Numbered from the stretch's first letter, positions 11,401-25,780 are shown. The stretch: DNA of 64,000 bases from Azolla caroliniana (GCA_043228905.1 JBHGNT010000013.1:8866001-8930000); one strand, 5' to 3'. Notes: generated by a model not told the origin, from the sequence alone. Program-made: numbers and translations.

Positions 11401-13372
11401 GGTTATAGCACTTATAACCCTTCTGCTCGTCCGAGTAACCGACCAAGATGCATTTCTCGGCCTTTGCGTCCAGCTTCCTCCTTTTCTCCTTCGGTATATG
11501 CACATACGCAATGCTACCGAACACCCTCAAGTGTTGCAAGTTCGGCTTCGTTCCGAAATATAGCTCGTGCGCCGACACTTTGTCTCCGATCCGGTTCTGG
11601 ATGTATACCGCAGTCCTTACCGCCTCAGCCCAGTAGAACTTGGGCAAGCTCTTCTCCTCCAGCATTGCCCATGCCGCTTCCACAACTGACCGATTCTTCC
11701 TCTCGGCCACGCCGTTCTGCTCCGGCATGTATCTACAACTGAATTCGCGCCAAATTCCCATTTGTTGTAGATAACCGTTGAATTGACCGACATTCGCGAT
11801 CGGATGCGGAGTGTCGTCTCCAGTTGCGACTACTCCAGGTTGTATCGGTTTTTCAAGGTACGAGAACCACTCCTTATGGCTCGTCATGTGGTTTGACGCG
11901 CCGGAGTCTACGTACCACACCTCGTCCGATCTCGGGGTCCTCTGTTTCATTGAGTTTGCTTCGTGTCTCGTCATGAAGGCAGACCCTTCTCCGGCTCTCC
12001 CGGAGTCTTCGGCGTAGTGCGATCGCTGCCGATTTCCCTTGTCGGTCTGTCCGGAGCCGTTTTCGGAACCGGTTCTCTCCGAATCGGCGCGCTTCTTCCA
12101 GCACTCACTTTCCCTGTGGCCTTTCTTGCCACAGTACCAGCACTCCGCGATGGCCTTCCCTTGCCGGTTCTCATCGCTTCGACTCCCCCTGTTTCCGGAG
12201 GGTCCGGAGTTGCTGTCGGCATCACTTCGGTGCCTTCCTCCTTGATCTCGTCGGCCGCCTCCATTGCGCGCCGACTCGCCTCGTCCTCCACGTCCACGGG
12301 GCCTATCTCCCTCCATGTAAAGCATTCTGTTGTCGGTGTGCGTGCTTGTAGACGCACCCACGTGGTTCTCCTCTACCAAGAGCATTGACTGTAAGTCGAA
12401 AAAGGACGGCGTATTCTCCCGGGTACACACAGCCATTCGAAACGCTCCGAACTTTGACGCCAAACCTCCGAGACAGATCTGGACCATCTCACTCTCCTCG
12501 ATGTTCACCTCTATGGAGGCGAGGGAGTCGCAGATATCCTTGATCTTCGAGGTATAGTCCGCCACCGACAAGTCGCATTGTCGTAGGTTGCTCAACTCCT
12601 GTCGGAGCTGAAGCTTCCTGGCTATGGTGCTCGTGGCGAAAATCTTCTTCAGATTTTCCCACGCACCCTTCGGCATCTTTGCATCCCGAACATAGCTCAA
12701 TAGATGTTTGCCCACACACGACGCGAAGCAATATAATACCCTGCTCGCCGATTGCTCCCACGACGGGAAGTCTCTGTGTGTCGATTCGGGTGCCGCGTCA
12801 TTAGCTCCTTCGACATAACTCCAGTAGCCATGCCCGAGCAGGTACTGGTGCATCTTGTAGGACCAAGACGCGTAGTTGGTTTTGTCAAGATTCTCTGTTG
12901 GAAGCGAGCTCGCCATGCCTCTATCCATCGTTCTTCTTGTTCTTCTTTGTCAAGTTGTATTGGCTGCAGAGAGGTTCTCAACCCTCGCGCTCTGATACCA
13001 TGTAAAAAGTAGCGTGCGGAAGCAAGTATGAAGACCGAACAGAAGGAAGGAAACTCAGGTTTAATGGAGAGCTTGAGCTTACACAGTATACGCGGGAGAG
13101 ACAGAGAGAGTGAGAGAGAAGACACTGAAAAAATGTATTCAAGAAAAAACAACAACAATACATATATGTGTTCAATGAACACTTTGTACAAGTCCTAGAA
13201 GGACTGACCGAAGTACTGACAGTACTTCAATGCTCATTAAGAGCTCCTACACTAACTCCCAAATATATTCCTCACGGAATATCTTTCCTAATGGCCTAAC
13301 CGATCGGTCCCAACCGATCTGGTCCTCGGCTTCTTCAGCCAATCCGGCCGATATTGAGCTTGTCTCTCAACA
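8418..13372 (-). mobile_element. Complete Ty1/Copia LTR retrotransposon (internal-deletion derivative), TSD ATCTA
   Basis: LTRs 8418-8786 and 13001-13372 differ by about 6 substitutions plus a 3-bp indel. PBS TGGTATCAGAGC (tRNA-iMet) at 12989-13000; PPT 8787-8800; ATCTA at 8413-8417 and 13373-13377. Confidence 0.95.
9222..12928 (-). pseudogene. Copia gag-pol (gag, CCHC knuckle, protease, partial integrase, RT, RNaseH), frameshifted near 11231
   Basis: ORF 11231-12928 has CWYCGKKGHRESEC, VDSGAS and PEQNGVAER. ORF 9222-11231 has RT with YVED in place of YVDD, plus RNaseH. Confidence 0.9.
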
Positions 13373-14937
13373 ATCTACAAAAGTGATGAAGTACCGAGAG
13401 CCTCCTAGTGATCACTCTAGCATGGGCCACATATATCTATGTGCACGAGCTCTAGGGGTTGTCATATCGTCTCGTAGTGGAGGGAGTGCGGACTTCGGGT
13501 CTGTTTCCCGTATCGACAATGCTCGTAAAATTACGTCTTTGCTTGGAGTTTAGGGATGTAGCTGACCGCCATCAGCCGATCGAGTTCGGCTTGAGACATA
13601 TGGTCGAGTCGGCCACGCCATAAGTTTGGGTCAGTCTTTTCGGCTACGTTCACAGCCCCTTCTAGATTGATCGCCATTAATGGGTGCAAGTTATTGTACT
13701 TGTGTCCACTCCCAATTCTGAGCTTTCCCCGGTTGATCATCCATATCGACTCACTTAGAGTCGTTCGGTACCCATCTTCGGCTAACATGCCGATGGAGAC
13801 CATACTCCTTTTCAGATCAGGTACATGCCGGACTTGGTGTAGGGTGATCATGTTGCCATTGGGCAATCAGATGGGAACCTCTCCGGTCCCTGCGATTCTG
13901 GACTCCTGCTCGTTGCCTAGTCGGACTGTGCCGTTGGCGTTGGTTGAATAGTTTGAAAACCATCTCTCATACTATTAGAAATAATGACTCAATCATGCAA
14001 AGCTAGAACATATCCAAACACAACTCAATTTTCTGAACTTAGCTCATATAAATTAGGTGCTTAAAGTTCACATTATTAAATTGTTTAAAACATGGGGGGA
14101 GTAAAAGATATATTTGAGCTCTCAAGTGATAATTCGATATATGTGATCATAGAATATTTATTAACAGAGGCACCAAGGCTGAAAAGAAAAGATTCTAAAA
14201 TATAAAATTTGGACTATTACATTGTAAATGTTAAAGCCTAAGTTTAGCCCCAATACAAAGATAAAATGCTAGAACGTATAGAACCACAACTTACTACCTC
14301 TTGCTAACCCCACGACTCAATTCTTCAAACTTAGCTTACAAGTTAGGCATTGATGTAGCATGATTGGCAGCATTACTCTAATATGAAGATATGCAAGGTG
14401 TGCAATGAAAACCTAGTGGAGGATCAAAATTATCACTCACATGCTGAACATGTAAGGTAATTTGCAAGACTGATGTCAACTTATTAGCCATGCATGATCA
14501 CGTAAATGTCATACTCAAATCCCCAACAGATGCATGCATATTTTCACATAGAGAGTTTATACTAAAAAATAATAACCCCATTCTTAGGAAGGCGTCATAC
14601 AAGATATGTTTACTTGGTCCCATAGGTTAACATTGGCTTCCTGGTGGATGATAAAATTTCTATTCTATTCACTAACTGTACAAGGAAAAACAATTTTGCT
14701 TTTGACTTCTTTGGGCACTATTTGCGTTGCATCATTTATGTAGACCTATATAGTTTTTAAATATTTGCACACAATTAACTTATCACAAAATGTAACCAAC
14801 TCCTATTTCCAGCAACAACCGCAGTAATATCTCAAATCTTCATACACAATATCGCTGGCAATAACATTACATTACTCAAAAAGTCTTACCTTCCATGTGA
14901 GCATGGAAGGGACTTGTGTCAAAATGACTGTCTGAAA

Positions 14938-17900
14938 TCAGTGTAACCTAGTCAACTCTTCCACTCTCTTGCAAAGCTCCTCAACAGGCACAGCCATCGC
15001 CTTAGAAATCTCTTCCATTCTATTTCTATTCAGGTCCAGAAACGATTCAATGAGATCTCCATCTAAGAAATTTTTGGCATCTACTGTTTTGCGCTCATTG
15101 TTAAAAGACCGCCATTGCTCATGGCTAAGCCCACCCACTCCCTTGATAACCTTAACTAGGTTCTGCTGAAGCTTGTGGAGAAACAGGTAATGCTCCTGTG
15201 GTAGGGATGCAATCACCCCAATCACACCATTAACTGTGCCAAATATGACAGTAGGGATATGAGTTGCATCACTGTCAGGAAGACGCATAACAAGGGATCC
15301 ATGGCGGAAGCAGTTCACGAACTCTCCCAGATGATATTCACCAACCACCTCCAGCTTTCCTCGCTCCTCATCAGTTGCAGCATCGCTGTTTTTCCTCACT
15401 GTGAAGAGGTTAAATCCGTTCTCTGCACCCAGATAGATGTCATCATCTAAAATCTCCACAGCCGTCATCCAGTTTGCATTATAATCACGAGCTCTTTCCT
15501 CAATAGCACCTTCCTCAGGCTGTAAACCAGATCCACAATTTTCATTCCCTTGTTCATATATAGATTCCATGAGAGCACCATCACAAAAAAAAGATGGGAG
15601 TCACCTTATAAATTAAGAGAGAGATTGATTTCATCAGATCTCCAACAACTATGAAATCTCCACGTGATTGCACATAAAGAGCAAGAATATGTCCATGATG
15701 ACCACATTCTGACTGCAGCTCTCTTGTGCCATCCTCCCGTAGTGTCCACTTGTACAGATTTATCTTGTGGTTTATACCTGCTAGAAGCTTTCCATTAAAG
15801 GCATTCAGGTTATATACAGCACCTTTCGTCTCCTTTTCAGCAATCAGCTGAAGTTTTCCATCCTCAACAAGTAATACTAGTATACGACCCTGATAAAAGA
15901 AACAAAAACAGGAAATATTACAGAATCACTGAGGAAACAACTAAAAAAGATGCACATATCACAACAGTTACCTTGGTTGGCTCACTCTCCTCGGGAATAA
16001 CATATGCTGTTCCCACACAGATGTACACATTACTGTCATCTGTAAATGAGCAACTCATAATGGAGCAGCCGTTCTCATACGCATCAAGCTGATAGGAGGT
16101 CACATTCTCAAATGTTTGATCATCTAGAAGTCGCACATAATGTGTTTCCATTTCTTCCATATTAGGAAGATATTTGGCACTACAGACAGCAAAGGTTCTT
16201 GTAGATTCTTGATGACAAATCCGTCGAGCATGTTCATTCAAAGGAACCGTTCGTATATGTAGCTTCTGGATATCATCAATTGTACCAATTGTAAGTTCTC
16301 CTTCTTTTCCAATTGCCAAGCTGTCACATAAACCCAATGTTACACAACTGTGTAGTAACTCAACAAGAAAAAACGTATAGCCTACTTAACTATTTTTCTT
16401 TTAATAGATCAATAATCATTTCACATGTACCATGTGCATAAGTAATAATCTGACAAAAATATTCAACCAATCAACAGATCAATGATTTCGATCAGATTAG
16501 GACAATGTTATAAAGCTGATTCTTGGATGCCCAGTCCAGTGGTTCTCAGAATAGGATGATGCCTGGGCTTTGAACATGGTAGCACCACTCATATCTATGG
16601 AGATGTATATCTTGAATTTTGGTAAGAGCTCAGCATCAATGCCCAGTCTCACTAAGACCTGATTTTCCCAAGGAGAAACTGTGGAGATCACGGAGATGGT
16701 ATTTCGAAGGTTCAATAATGTGGGCCAACTATTTTCCTGTGATGGTTCTTTTAAGTTGCCATACTTAATTTCAATTCCAGCAACTTCTTACCCTTATTGG
16801 CATCTAGAATGTTTTCTTCGAGTATTTACATCTATGAAATCGTGGAGTGGAGTCCAAGGATTTTATTGGAAGAGATATCTATTTAGAAACGAGTATGTTC
16901 CATCGTATCTCCTTAAAGATCCTCCACCATGACTAAGATTAATCAAACAGACTTTAAGCATGCAAATGCATCATGCTGGACGTTTTCAAATTATGGGGAA
17001 AATCTAACCATTTAAATAGAATCTGATCACAAAAACAGAGTCAAGAAACACCTGTCAGGAAAAGATGCAGAATTGAATGGGCACATATGGTTGACCTCCT
17101 TTAGATTGACATTACTATACAACAACTTTTTATTGCTACTATAGATAACAGTTGGCCGATCTGATGCTGCAAACACATGGGTGGCATTCTTTGAGCGGAA
17201 TGTCCGCAGAGTAATTGGCTGTGTCCCTAAAGAAACCTTCTTCCTATCTGACAAATTTCCAGAATGCACATCCAGCAGGAAACTGAAGAGATGACCATCT
17301 CCTAGAGCACAAAGCAAGTAAGGGATCTGAAAAACCATGAAATTTGGAAAGTTAGATTAGTTTTATTACTTTCTCTCGAATATTGGTTCAACTTCAGACT
17401 TACCGCCTCAAAAGTACAGAACAAAACAGAACGTGGAATAATTTCACCACCCAAACTTTGTAGTGTTATGAGTTCAAGATTTGGCAATGAGTAAACTCGC
17501 ACACTTATATCTGTCCACATCCCCACAGCTGCTAGGTGACTCCTATGAGGATCATCTCCAACAGGATTGATGTCCAAACATGAAATTTCATATTCTAATT
17601 GCACATGTTTCTTTTCCAACAGTTCTCCATGGCCAATCTCCAAATATACAAGGTGCCCTCCACCCGTTGCAAGCAATACCTGTGAAACAGCAACAGAGAT
17701 TGTTGAGAAATTTTGCTGATGGACATACTGTATGATAATATCACATATATACAGTTTCATGCAGGTAGAGGCTACTTTTGAATCATAAGCTAATATGAAG
17801 TTGCATAATAATCGATCCTTGATTATAAATGTACTTGTATATACAATAACACATTGCCATCAACCAAAACAAAATAAATGTTTGGACATAAATGTGTTTT

Positions 17901-20900
17901 AAGAAGTATCAACACCATTATCGTAACTTTCACAATAAAACAATTAGATTTTACAGTAATTATAAATGGATGTACTGAAAATATGAGATTGAGAAGAGGT
18001 AACATGTGATTTCTTTCTATATAGATGGAACTTTTGAAAGGTTGTTGCACTTGGTAGGCGTGCTAGGAATCCCTGCCTTCATGCACACTTATATGAAATT
18101 CCTAACGCCATTGAAATTACCTGTGAAGAGCTAGCCGTTGCTACATTTATAGACAAACCAGGGGGAGCTTTCCAATCAGTAAGTTGTCTCCTACTTGTTG
18201 CATCAACAAGTTGTAAACAAGATGCTGTAACCTGCAAAGAACCTACATTTAGCACTCCCTAGAATATAATCTGAACATTTGACAGATAAAACTAGCAGAT
18301 ATGGTTATTCCTCCTACAGCTCAAAAAAATACAAACCATTTTGATATGTTATTTGGCTTTCTGATGTATATTCAGTGTCCTGGACATGGAAGATAAATTA
18401 CCATATTGTGCCCAGTGTTGACTTCACATCCTATCCTAGACTAAAAGAATTAAAGGTCTTCTGCAGAGTCTCAGGCACAATTATATAAGTTTTATAGTTT
18501 AAACGTATATCCAGACATAGAGCTCAAGACTTGACAGATCTCCTGATTTGATTTTGGCTAGCAAGCTATGTATTGGCAGGGCCAAGATGTTCCTATACAA
18601 AAGGTTCCACATAGCATTAAGGACATCCAAATTATCATTTTAGTGGTATCTGACAATCTCTTGGCGAGTCTACCTGAGGTAAGTAAATAAAACTTCTCTG
18701 GCAGTGTCTCCCCTCATTAAAAAATAAGAATCTTCAACCTAATTTTAGGCTCAACGAAGAAACAAGAATAGAGAGATAATAATAAGGAAGAAGATCAGAC
18801 AAAAGCATATATCTTAACTTTATTTCATCTCACATTGAACAAATATGTTGCCGCACCCTAGAGTAAGAGGCTCTACATCATATCACACGTTTTCTATGGC
18901 GCATATCCTTGAGGAAAGTTCATGAACATTGACCAATAAGTCAAGCACTCAATAACCCCCCTCAACATTAACCAATAAGTCAAGCACTCAAATCAACTCA
19001 TGAGCATCTGAAAAGCAACTTTAATGGCATCAATACGCAACTTTCACACTTTAATTTGTAATATATTGAGGGCCTGCGATTGTATCAGACAAAGACAAAA
19101 CCAAATACTCTTAGTTGGGGTTATGCTTTCAGATTCTGTATAATTTTTCCTAATGCAATTTAGTAGCTACATTCAGCTAAACTTTATGTCAGGTGAGACA
19201 AATATACATATCAGACAAGGTTCATGGACATACTTGGATTAATTGATCATGTAGTACATTCTGACAAAACAGTGTCTGGGCCTCAGAATCAAATCCATCA
19301 ATTTCAGTCTCCTCCAATTCATCTTCTGAGTTCATTGCCAGTATGCGTGTTTCACTTATGAAGCTAACCACAAGGAAGGTATCAAATGTATGTAGTGAAC
19401 CGGCCCGCAAAGACCACATGCCTTTGATGCCTTGTAATTCTACAGATGCCTGCATGCACAATATCAAAAATCAAAACTCCAGAACTCAAACATTCACTCT
19501 GCTAAAATTACAGGCAGCATACAAGCACCTGTTCATTGATCCCAATTCCATTTCGAACAATTCGGAGAGAGCCATCCTTGAATGCTCCTGAACATGTCAC
19601 AACTTGTCCCTGTCCTTGTCTTTCAATGTCTACAACACAGAAGTCTACAATTGGCCCAAGGTTCACAAAGCTCTCGAGTACCTCTACATAAGATCCTCGA
19701 GCATCAGGTTGAAGATTAAGTTTAATTAGCTGCATGAGACATTAAGATAATTAAAGATCGTGTGATAATATTACTTTCTGTGTCAAATATGAAAGATGTT
19801 AGGGTATTTCAAAGAGCAAATTATGCCTCAAGTGTACTGACGTTATTTAAAAGCTGACACTTGGACAGCAATTGGATATTGAAGCACAATGTGAAAGGTG
19901 GAACAAAAAACTTGCTACCCCGTCCATAAAAACATTTCAGAGCACCTCTTAATCTTCAGATTTAGGTCCAATAGAGCACAAATCAATCCTAGATGTGTCT
20001 GAAAGTTCATATGTGCATGCATACTTATCATTTGTAGATATAAAGTCAACTGTGACTGAACTTACCTGAGAATCGCCATAGCTAGAACCCACAAATACTA
20101 CAGCATTGTCTAAATAAGAAATTGTTGACGCAGCTGACGTTTCTCCAAGGCGCTCAACTTTTAAACCGGTCACTCTGTTATCAAGATTTTACAAATGCGA
20201 AACTGTTTAATAAATTCAAAGGTTAAAATCAACATTATGACATACAATACCTCTCTTTCTCATGTGTAATCACTAATAAATGAAGCATTCCGGTCAGATC
20301 ACTCAGAAGGTAGCGAGAACCATCAGCATCAACTCTTCCATATGCTCTTGTTATAGCCTGAAATAATTTAGATCCACACTCAAACCACTTCTAAACTTGG
20401 AAGAACTCAACATATCTACCATTATTGACATAAAATCATACCGGGCGTATAGAAATGGGCTTGAAAACAAAGCCATTGTAGTAAACAATGGTTTGCTCAC
20501 CAACAATGATTACACCTCCCAGAGGCAAAGGCACAGGGATAAGCAATCCAGCCCCATTATCCAGATTGTTCTGTACCCACGGCCCATCACCAAAATCTTT
20601 TTCCTTAAGCAAAACCTCATATGTCTTCACATGGCGTGCATCCTTGTTATCCTGATAATTCAGATGAAAATGACTTTGACATTAAGCATTGCCTGTCAAT
20701 TATCCTAGTAATAATGACACAAGACATGTGAACACTGCTGGATTTACAGATAATCTATTAAATGACAGAGAGAAAGAGTGTGAAATAGGGAAAGTGGATG
20801 AAAAATCATAAAATCCTCTGTCAATGTCATCTAGTAGCATGGGAGAAACCGCGAATGTTTCCAGTTCCCCTAGCTGGATAAGAAACAGATTGTTGATTTT

Positions 20901-23900
20901 CTCAGTCACCACCATCCCAATAAGCATGGAAACTATACCAGATGGCATGAAAATTTGGCACCTTCAAGTTTAAAATAAGAGTTCCCTTGTGATTGTGCAG
21001 AATGAGGTTCACAACTTTTTAAAAACGAACCTCTTCTTATGCTGAAAGAAACAAGAATTGGGAATCTCCCCTTTGATGTAGAATGAAAAGTGAATCGTTT
21101 TGAAAATAACTCCAACCTCAAAAATAAACGTGCTTTGGAACAACGCATAAAGTTGAAAATTTCATATCAAAGGAGATTATTTTATTGAAGAAAGTGACAA
21201 ATAAATATTAAAATTTACAATGTTTGTATAGACATTTGATACCCATCATATTTTTTCACATGAGTGCTACAGCTCAAATTTCCAGGTCTTGTGGATTTGA
21301 TGAAGAGAGTTCATTTCAATTATCAATGCACCTCATTTTTTTATTTCAGCATTAAACCTCTTGACATGTCGTCTTGGATTTTGATCCGTCAATCATAATA
21401 GTAGGATCAAGGAAATTGATGAGCACTTGAATGGGCAACTTGATGAGGCATAAAAGGGGTTAGCATAAGTTTGAAATTCTTATATCACATTCTATCATGT
21501 TGATGAATTGTAAGGTGAAAACAAATGTTCCCGGCTGGAAAGTGATATTACTATAGGAATTAGATAATCTCCCAGAAATAATCCCCATTTGAATTGAATG
21601 AATGATACTGTGATATTCAAATAAACAATAAATGGTAAAAGATGAAACCGGAAATGCATTACCACAGGAGGAAGCCAAAAGGAGACATATTTAACTTGGA
21701 AAATAAACTTAAGAGATTTCACCTGGAATAGAACTGCTATAGTAGGCTTTGAACATCCATAAAGAAACTTGATGTCAAGGACTTGTAATTCCTCCAAACT
21801 GCAAATATAATGGCAGAATGACCATGCAAAAATTAGTAGCTCTCATATAAAAATATATAAAACTGAAGGTGTCTACCCATTACCGGATATTGAAGGCTTC
21901 CTTGAGCTGCCCTTTATTGTCAATAGGTATAACCTGCAGTTTTTAGTTTTAACCAGCATTGAGACTAAAGAATAATGGAATTTAGCACTCAAAATAAAAT
22001 TTGAATGCAGCACTTACTAACCTTAAACAAACCATCATAAAGGTGAAGCCCTATCAACCTACAGTCAGGATCAATAATACCAATCTGCGAGAAATTGACA
22101 GGCTCAATTATCAGTCAGTTACTGACAGAATATAAATTTGCACAAAAGACTTTGACAGCTGCACTTGAAAAAGCATGAAAATAAATAGGATATACATATA
22201 CATAGAGAAACATGCAATTTAAGGCAGGCATCAGAAGCTGGCTACAATCAAACAGAATGGTATATTATAGATCAAAAGGGTGCACATAGCCACTCCAGGT
22301 GTTGACAAAAGACCTGCAGATAAAGGGATAAACTGACAAGGACACTGTAAAAGTTACTTTCAATGAGGATTCTACCATTGTGAAAGGGATCATAAACCAC
22401 GAAACATACAAACTATGTTTCTCCCAGTAACTGAGCTGTTACCCACAACTTAGAATGGAGTAGTTCACCTTAGCTAGAAACCGACAATCTTATCAAAACC
22501 ATGTACATATGTGCAGAGAAACCTGTGTGTCCATGCATTCCCTAAATATTCATATGTTGCATCATGTTCTGTAGATCATATGCATATCTACAAAACAACA
22601 ATGTACACACACCTGGCCATTGTCTGTTGGCCTTGGAATCCGATCAGAAACATCGCCCATTGCTCTGCATGAACACATCTACATATTAATGATAAATTTT
22701 GACATATGACAATCTCTGCAACACGATCAGCCCCTGATCTTATCCAACTCTATATGCATCTTCAAAAATCGTACACCTGAGACAATTGTTAGTATGGGAC
22801 ATATTACTCCCAAAGAAATCTGTAAAAATTATAAAGCTACTCTTTTTATATTGGTCTCCAATACAGGAAGGCACCAAGCATTTGAGCAAGTAGTATGCAT
22901 CTTAAATCTACATAAATGGAGTTGTAACCTTTATTATATAACAATTATTCTTTATTTGGTGAATGACAAGATCTTTTCACTTTGGCAAGCTTGAGTTCAT
23001 GCATCTACATGCATATTTCGGCAATAGATAGTGGAATCAATGAAAAACAAAATCCAGAAAGAAAAAAATGTGAGTACCTGGTTACTAGTTCTGCTGCTTC
23101 GGCATCCCATTGAAGAACACAAAATTTGTATCTTTCCGTTGATATAAATAGAAAATCTTGGGCCTCCCCCTGAATTTAGAGATAAACAAGGACTTCTTAT
23201 ACAAATGTTTGGCATAAGAAACAACACAGACGTTTAGAACAGTTCTGGTTCGTATATAAGAATGGAATAACTCACTGGTGGTTTGAAAAGCTCCAATGTT
23301 GCAATTCGTCCGTAAATCGGGACATCTAGCATAGGCTGCGAATCAAAAACGTAAATGAAAGGAAGAGTTGTAAGGAAAGAAGGAAATTTGTAATCCTTAA
23401 CTAGCACAGAAAGAATTCAATGTTCCTTGTTTTTAGCCACATACAAGTAGAATTGGAAGAAAATAAAAGTAAAGAAACAAAAAATAACCACCAACAACAA
23501 TAAAGTCTTGAATCTAAACTACAAAACCCTATAGTATCAATAGAATTATGAGCTCCCTATTTGTAAAAAATATTTCTATATTTTTTAAGTTGATTATCAA
23601 GATCCCAAACTTCATGGATAACTTATAAGCATTTTACCATGTCTGAAAATGTAGGGCTGGCAGTGTCCAGGGAAGAAGAGATTTTTCATTCTTGGATACT
23701 GCACCACAGTCCAACATATCATGGAGCAAGCATATCAAATGTTACATATACGGTTCCTTATGGAGATCCAGACGCCTACTTCTTGAGCCACTCCCCTCCA
23801 TATATGGTATGTATGGTGTACACACACATGAACAGATTATGAGTCTTGTGAGAGCCACCAAATCCAAAATATGACTAAGGATGACACATAGAGACCATAA

Positions 23901-25329
23901 GATCGACTAGAATCAGCCTTTCAGACACTACAACAACATAAATAGATCACAACAATTCCGACTCACCAAGTGCAAAATATCTGGAAAAGAGAGCTTAGGA
24001 ACAGGTTGATCTAGCAGCTATACTGCAAGGATTATTTAACAATGACACAGTTCCCTGTCATCATATATCCAGCCAGGAGTTGTGAATGGAGCTAGCAAGC
24101 CATATAGTCATATATAACATGGTTTCACACTGTATAACATACCTATGAAATTATATCTCATACAGTTGTGAACTACATGTACCATCATCATTCAGTACAT
24201 GTACCATCAGGAGTTGTAGATGAATCTAGCTAGCCATATAGTTACACATATCATGGTTTTACATCATATAACATATGTACAAAATCACATATCATATGTC
24301 AGACTTGAAGAATTATATGTACCATCATCATTCAATGCATGTATCATACTTGAAGTACACTTTCTTATACCTTGACTTTAAGTTGTCCCTTCGAGGAGAA
24401 ACAGACTGTAATAGGCATTAATATATCTCGTTGGTTGTACCATAGAGGTAAGTGGTAGTTTTATTTGCCCATATACCATGGTTCAAATTCATACTTTTTA
24501 ATTAGCATAGAACTTTAAAAAAAATTCCACTGTTTTTGCAACATAATGTGATAATGTCTAGGCATCCATTTATTGATGAGTTTGGCAAAAAACGGCATGC
24601 AACCTCCTTGGCATGTATTCTGGCCCTTTGGTTCTACTATTATGACCAAGATTGATAAACAAAATATTAGGACCCATTAGGTTTCAAGCATAAGTTTAAT
24701 GCAGCCCGTGTAAAAATTACATCATACAAAGCTGGCTAGCATACATACTATCCACAAATTGGCAGAGGTGACTCAAAAATATTGATGCATACGACATTGA
24801 GGTATTGCTCGTTTGCATCTTCTAGATAGTGATTCTCAAACAAGTTATAATAAAATCAGTCTGCAATGACAAAATCCACCCTCCTTAGGACACTTGTACA
24901 CTCTAAATTATTTAGGTACATGGCACTTCAGAATCACACACAACTGCAATTATTTTCCAGACATATAGTTGGCAGTGGTCATCTCGTCAAGGGGGAAAAG
25001 TCTTTTTCTTTCCTTCATTTTTGGGTCGTGGCTAAGCAGCATACAAAACAGGGAATGTCAATGTGAATTTGAGGAGAAAAAACAGTTGATTACCTGCAAT
25101 CCTTGAGCTGTTAAGAGGTGAATCTCGATTCGTGTGCATTTCCTACATACGGAAGTACAACAAAATAAGGCACAAGAAGGGGGGATGAGAGCAATGATGA
25201 CTCTGAGAGAGACAGAGAGACGCACGCTATGATAAGGTTGAGCTCATGCGGTGCGGTGAAGTTGCCGACGCAGGAATGGGTCACGTTGGTGGGCTTGTGG
25301 GCCGTCACCACGTAGTTCCAGATGCTCAT
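14938..25329 (-). CDS. DDB1: DNA damage-binding protein 1 (CUL4 E3 ligase adaptor), 19 coding exons, 1088 aa
   Basis: Protein runs [24 protein letters not shown]...[15 protein letters not shown] exons: 25226-25329, 25094-25142, 23276-23335, 23078-23169, 22613-22664, 22022-22084, 21884-21933, 21723-21798, 20442-20651, 20251-20357, 20066-20174, 19529-19729, 19234-19449, 18121-18231, 17404-17679, 17052-17326, 15972-16320, 15605-15889, 14938-15519. They sum to 3267 nt with consistent phases. Confidence 0.97.
24075..24350. repeat. Diverged ~135-bp tandem duplication in DDB1 intron 2
   Basis: GGAGTTGT...CTAGC(A/T)AGCCATATAGT...ATGTACCATCATCATTCA occurs twice in tandem. Confidence 0.6.
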
Positions 25330-25780
25330 CCTTTCCTTCTTTCCTTCTCTCCCTCTCTCCCTCTCTCCCCTACCCTACCCTACCCTAACCTAAACCCGCT
25401 GCTGCTCTGTTTTTTTGATGCAGCATCACCAGCAGAAGGGAAACGCGCTCCCTTCCTCCTCCTTCTGTTTGCTAGTGTGTATAATAGTATATAGTATATA
25501 GTATAGTATTATTACATTGTATATAGTATGTACGTGGGTGGGCTCTGCTAAAATAAGAAGATCAGGGGCTCGCGACTACATATGTATGTAGTATGTACAT
25601 ACGCATCCATATACATACAACATATATACATATACAGATACAGATACAGATACATACTGATACATGTAGGTAGGTAGCGTAGGTACTTACTTGGCTAGGT
25701 CTCTAAATGAAGAAGCCAATCCCCATCGAGATAGGCAACCCCTCTTCTTCTTCTTCTTCTTCTTCTTTCTTCTTGTTAAC
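25330..25780 (-). promoter_or_regulatory. DDB1 5'UTR / proximal promoter with low-complexity tracts
   Basis: Lies directly upstream of the ATG. Contains a purine-rich leader, (CCCTA)n/CCTAAACCC telo-box-like tract 25368-25397, TATAG and TACA repeats, and (CTT)n near 25745-25765. The TSS cannot be determined. Confidence 0.45.

Larger units (their letters stand above)
5433..13965 (-). mobile_element. Degenerate Ty1/Copia element (host of the 8418-13372 insertion); partial 3' LTR 5433-5524
   Basis: Minus ORFs encode RNaseH (5757-6242), RT (6265-7290, ILYVDDML), integrase (7951-8247) and protease/GAG-pre-integrase (13531-13866). PPT at 5525-5537 precedes TGTTGGCAT. The integrase FVDDSTRKVW motif is split by the insertion. 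Confidence 0.85.

Noticed and set aside
8765-12761. Numerous antisense and overlapping ORFs in the Copia interiors
   Set aside because: These are shadow ORFs of GC-rich gag-pol with no recognisable motifs.
24425-24495. SINE/tRNA-like remnant (GGTTCAAATTC) in DDB1 intron 2
   Set aside because: Only a B-box-like word. The A box is poor and there is no tail or TSD.
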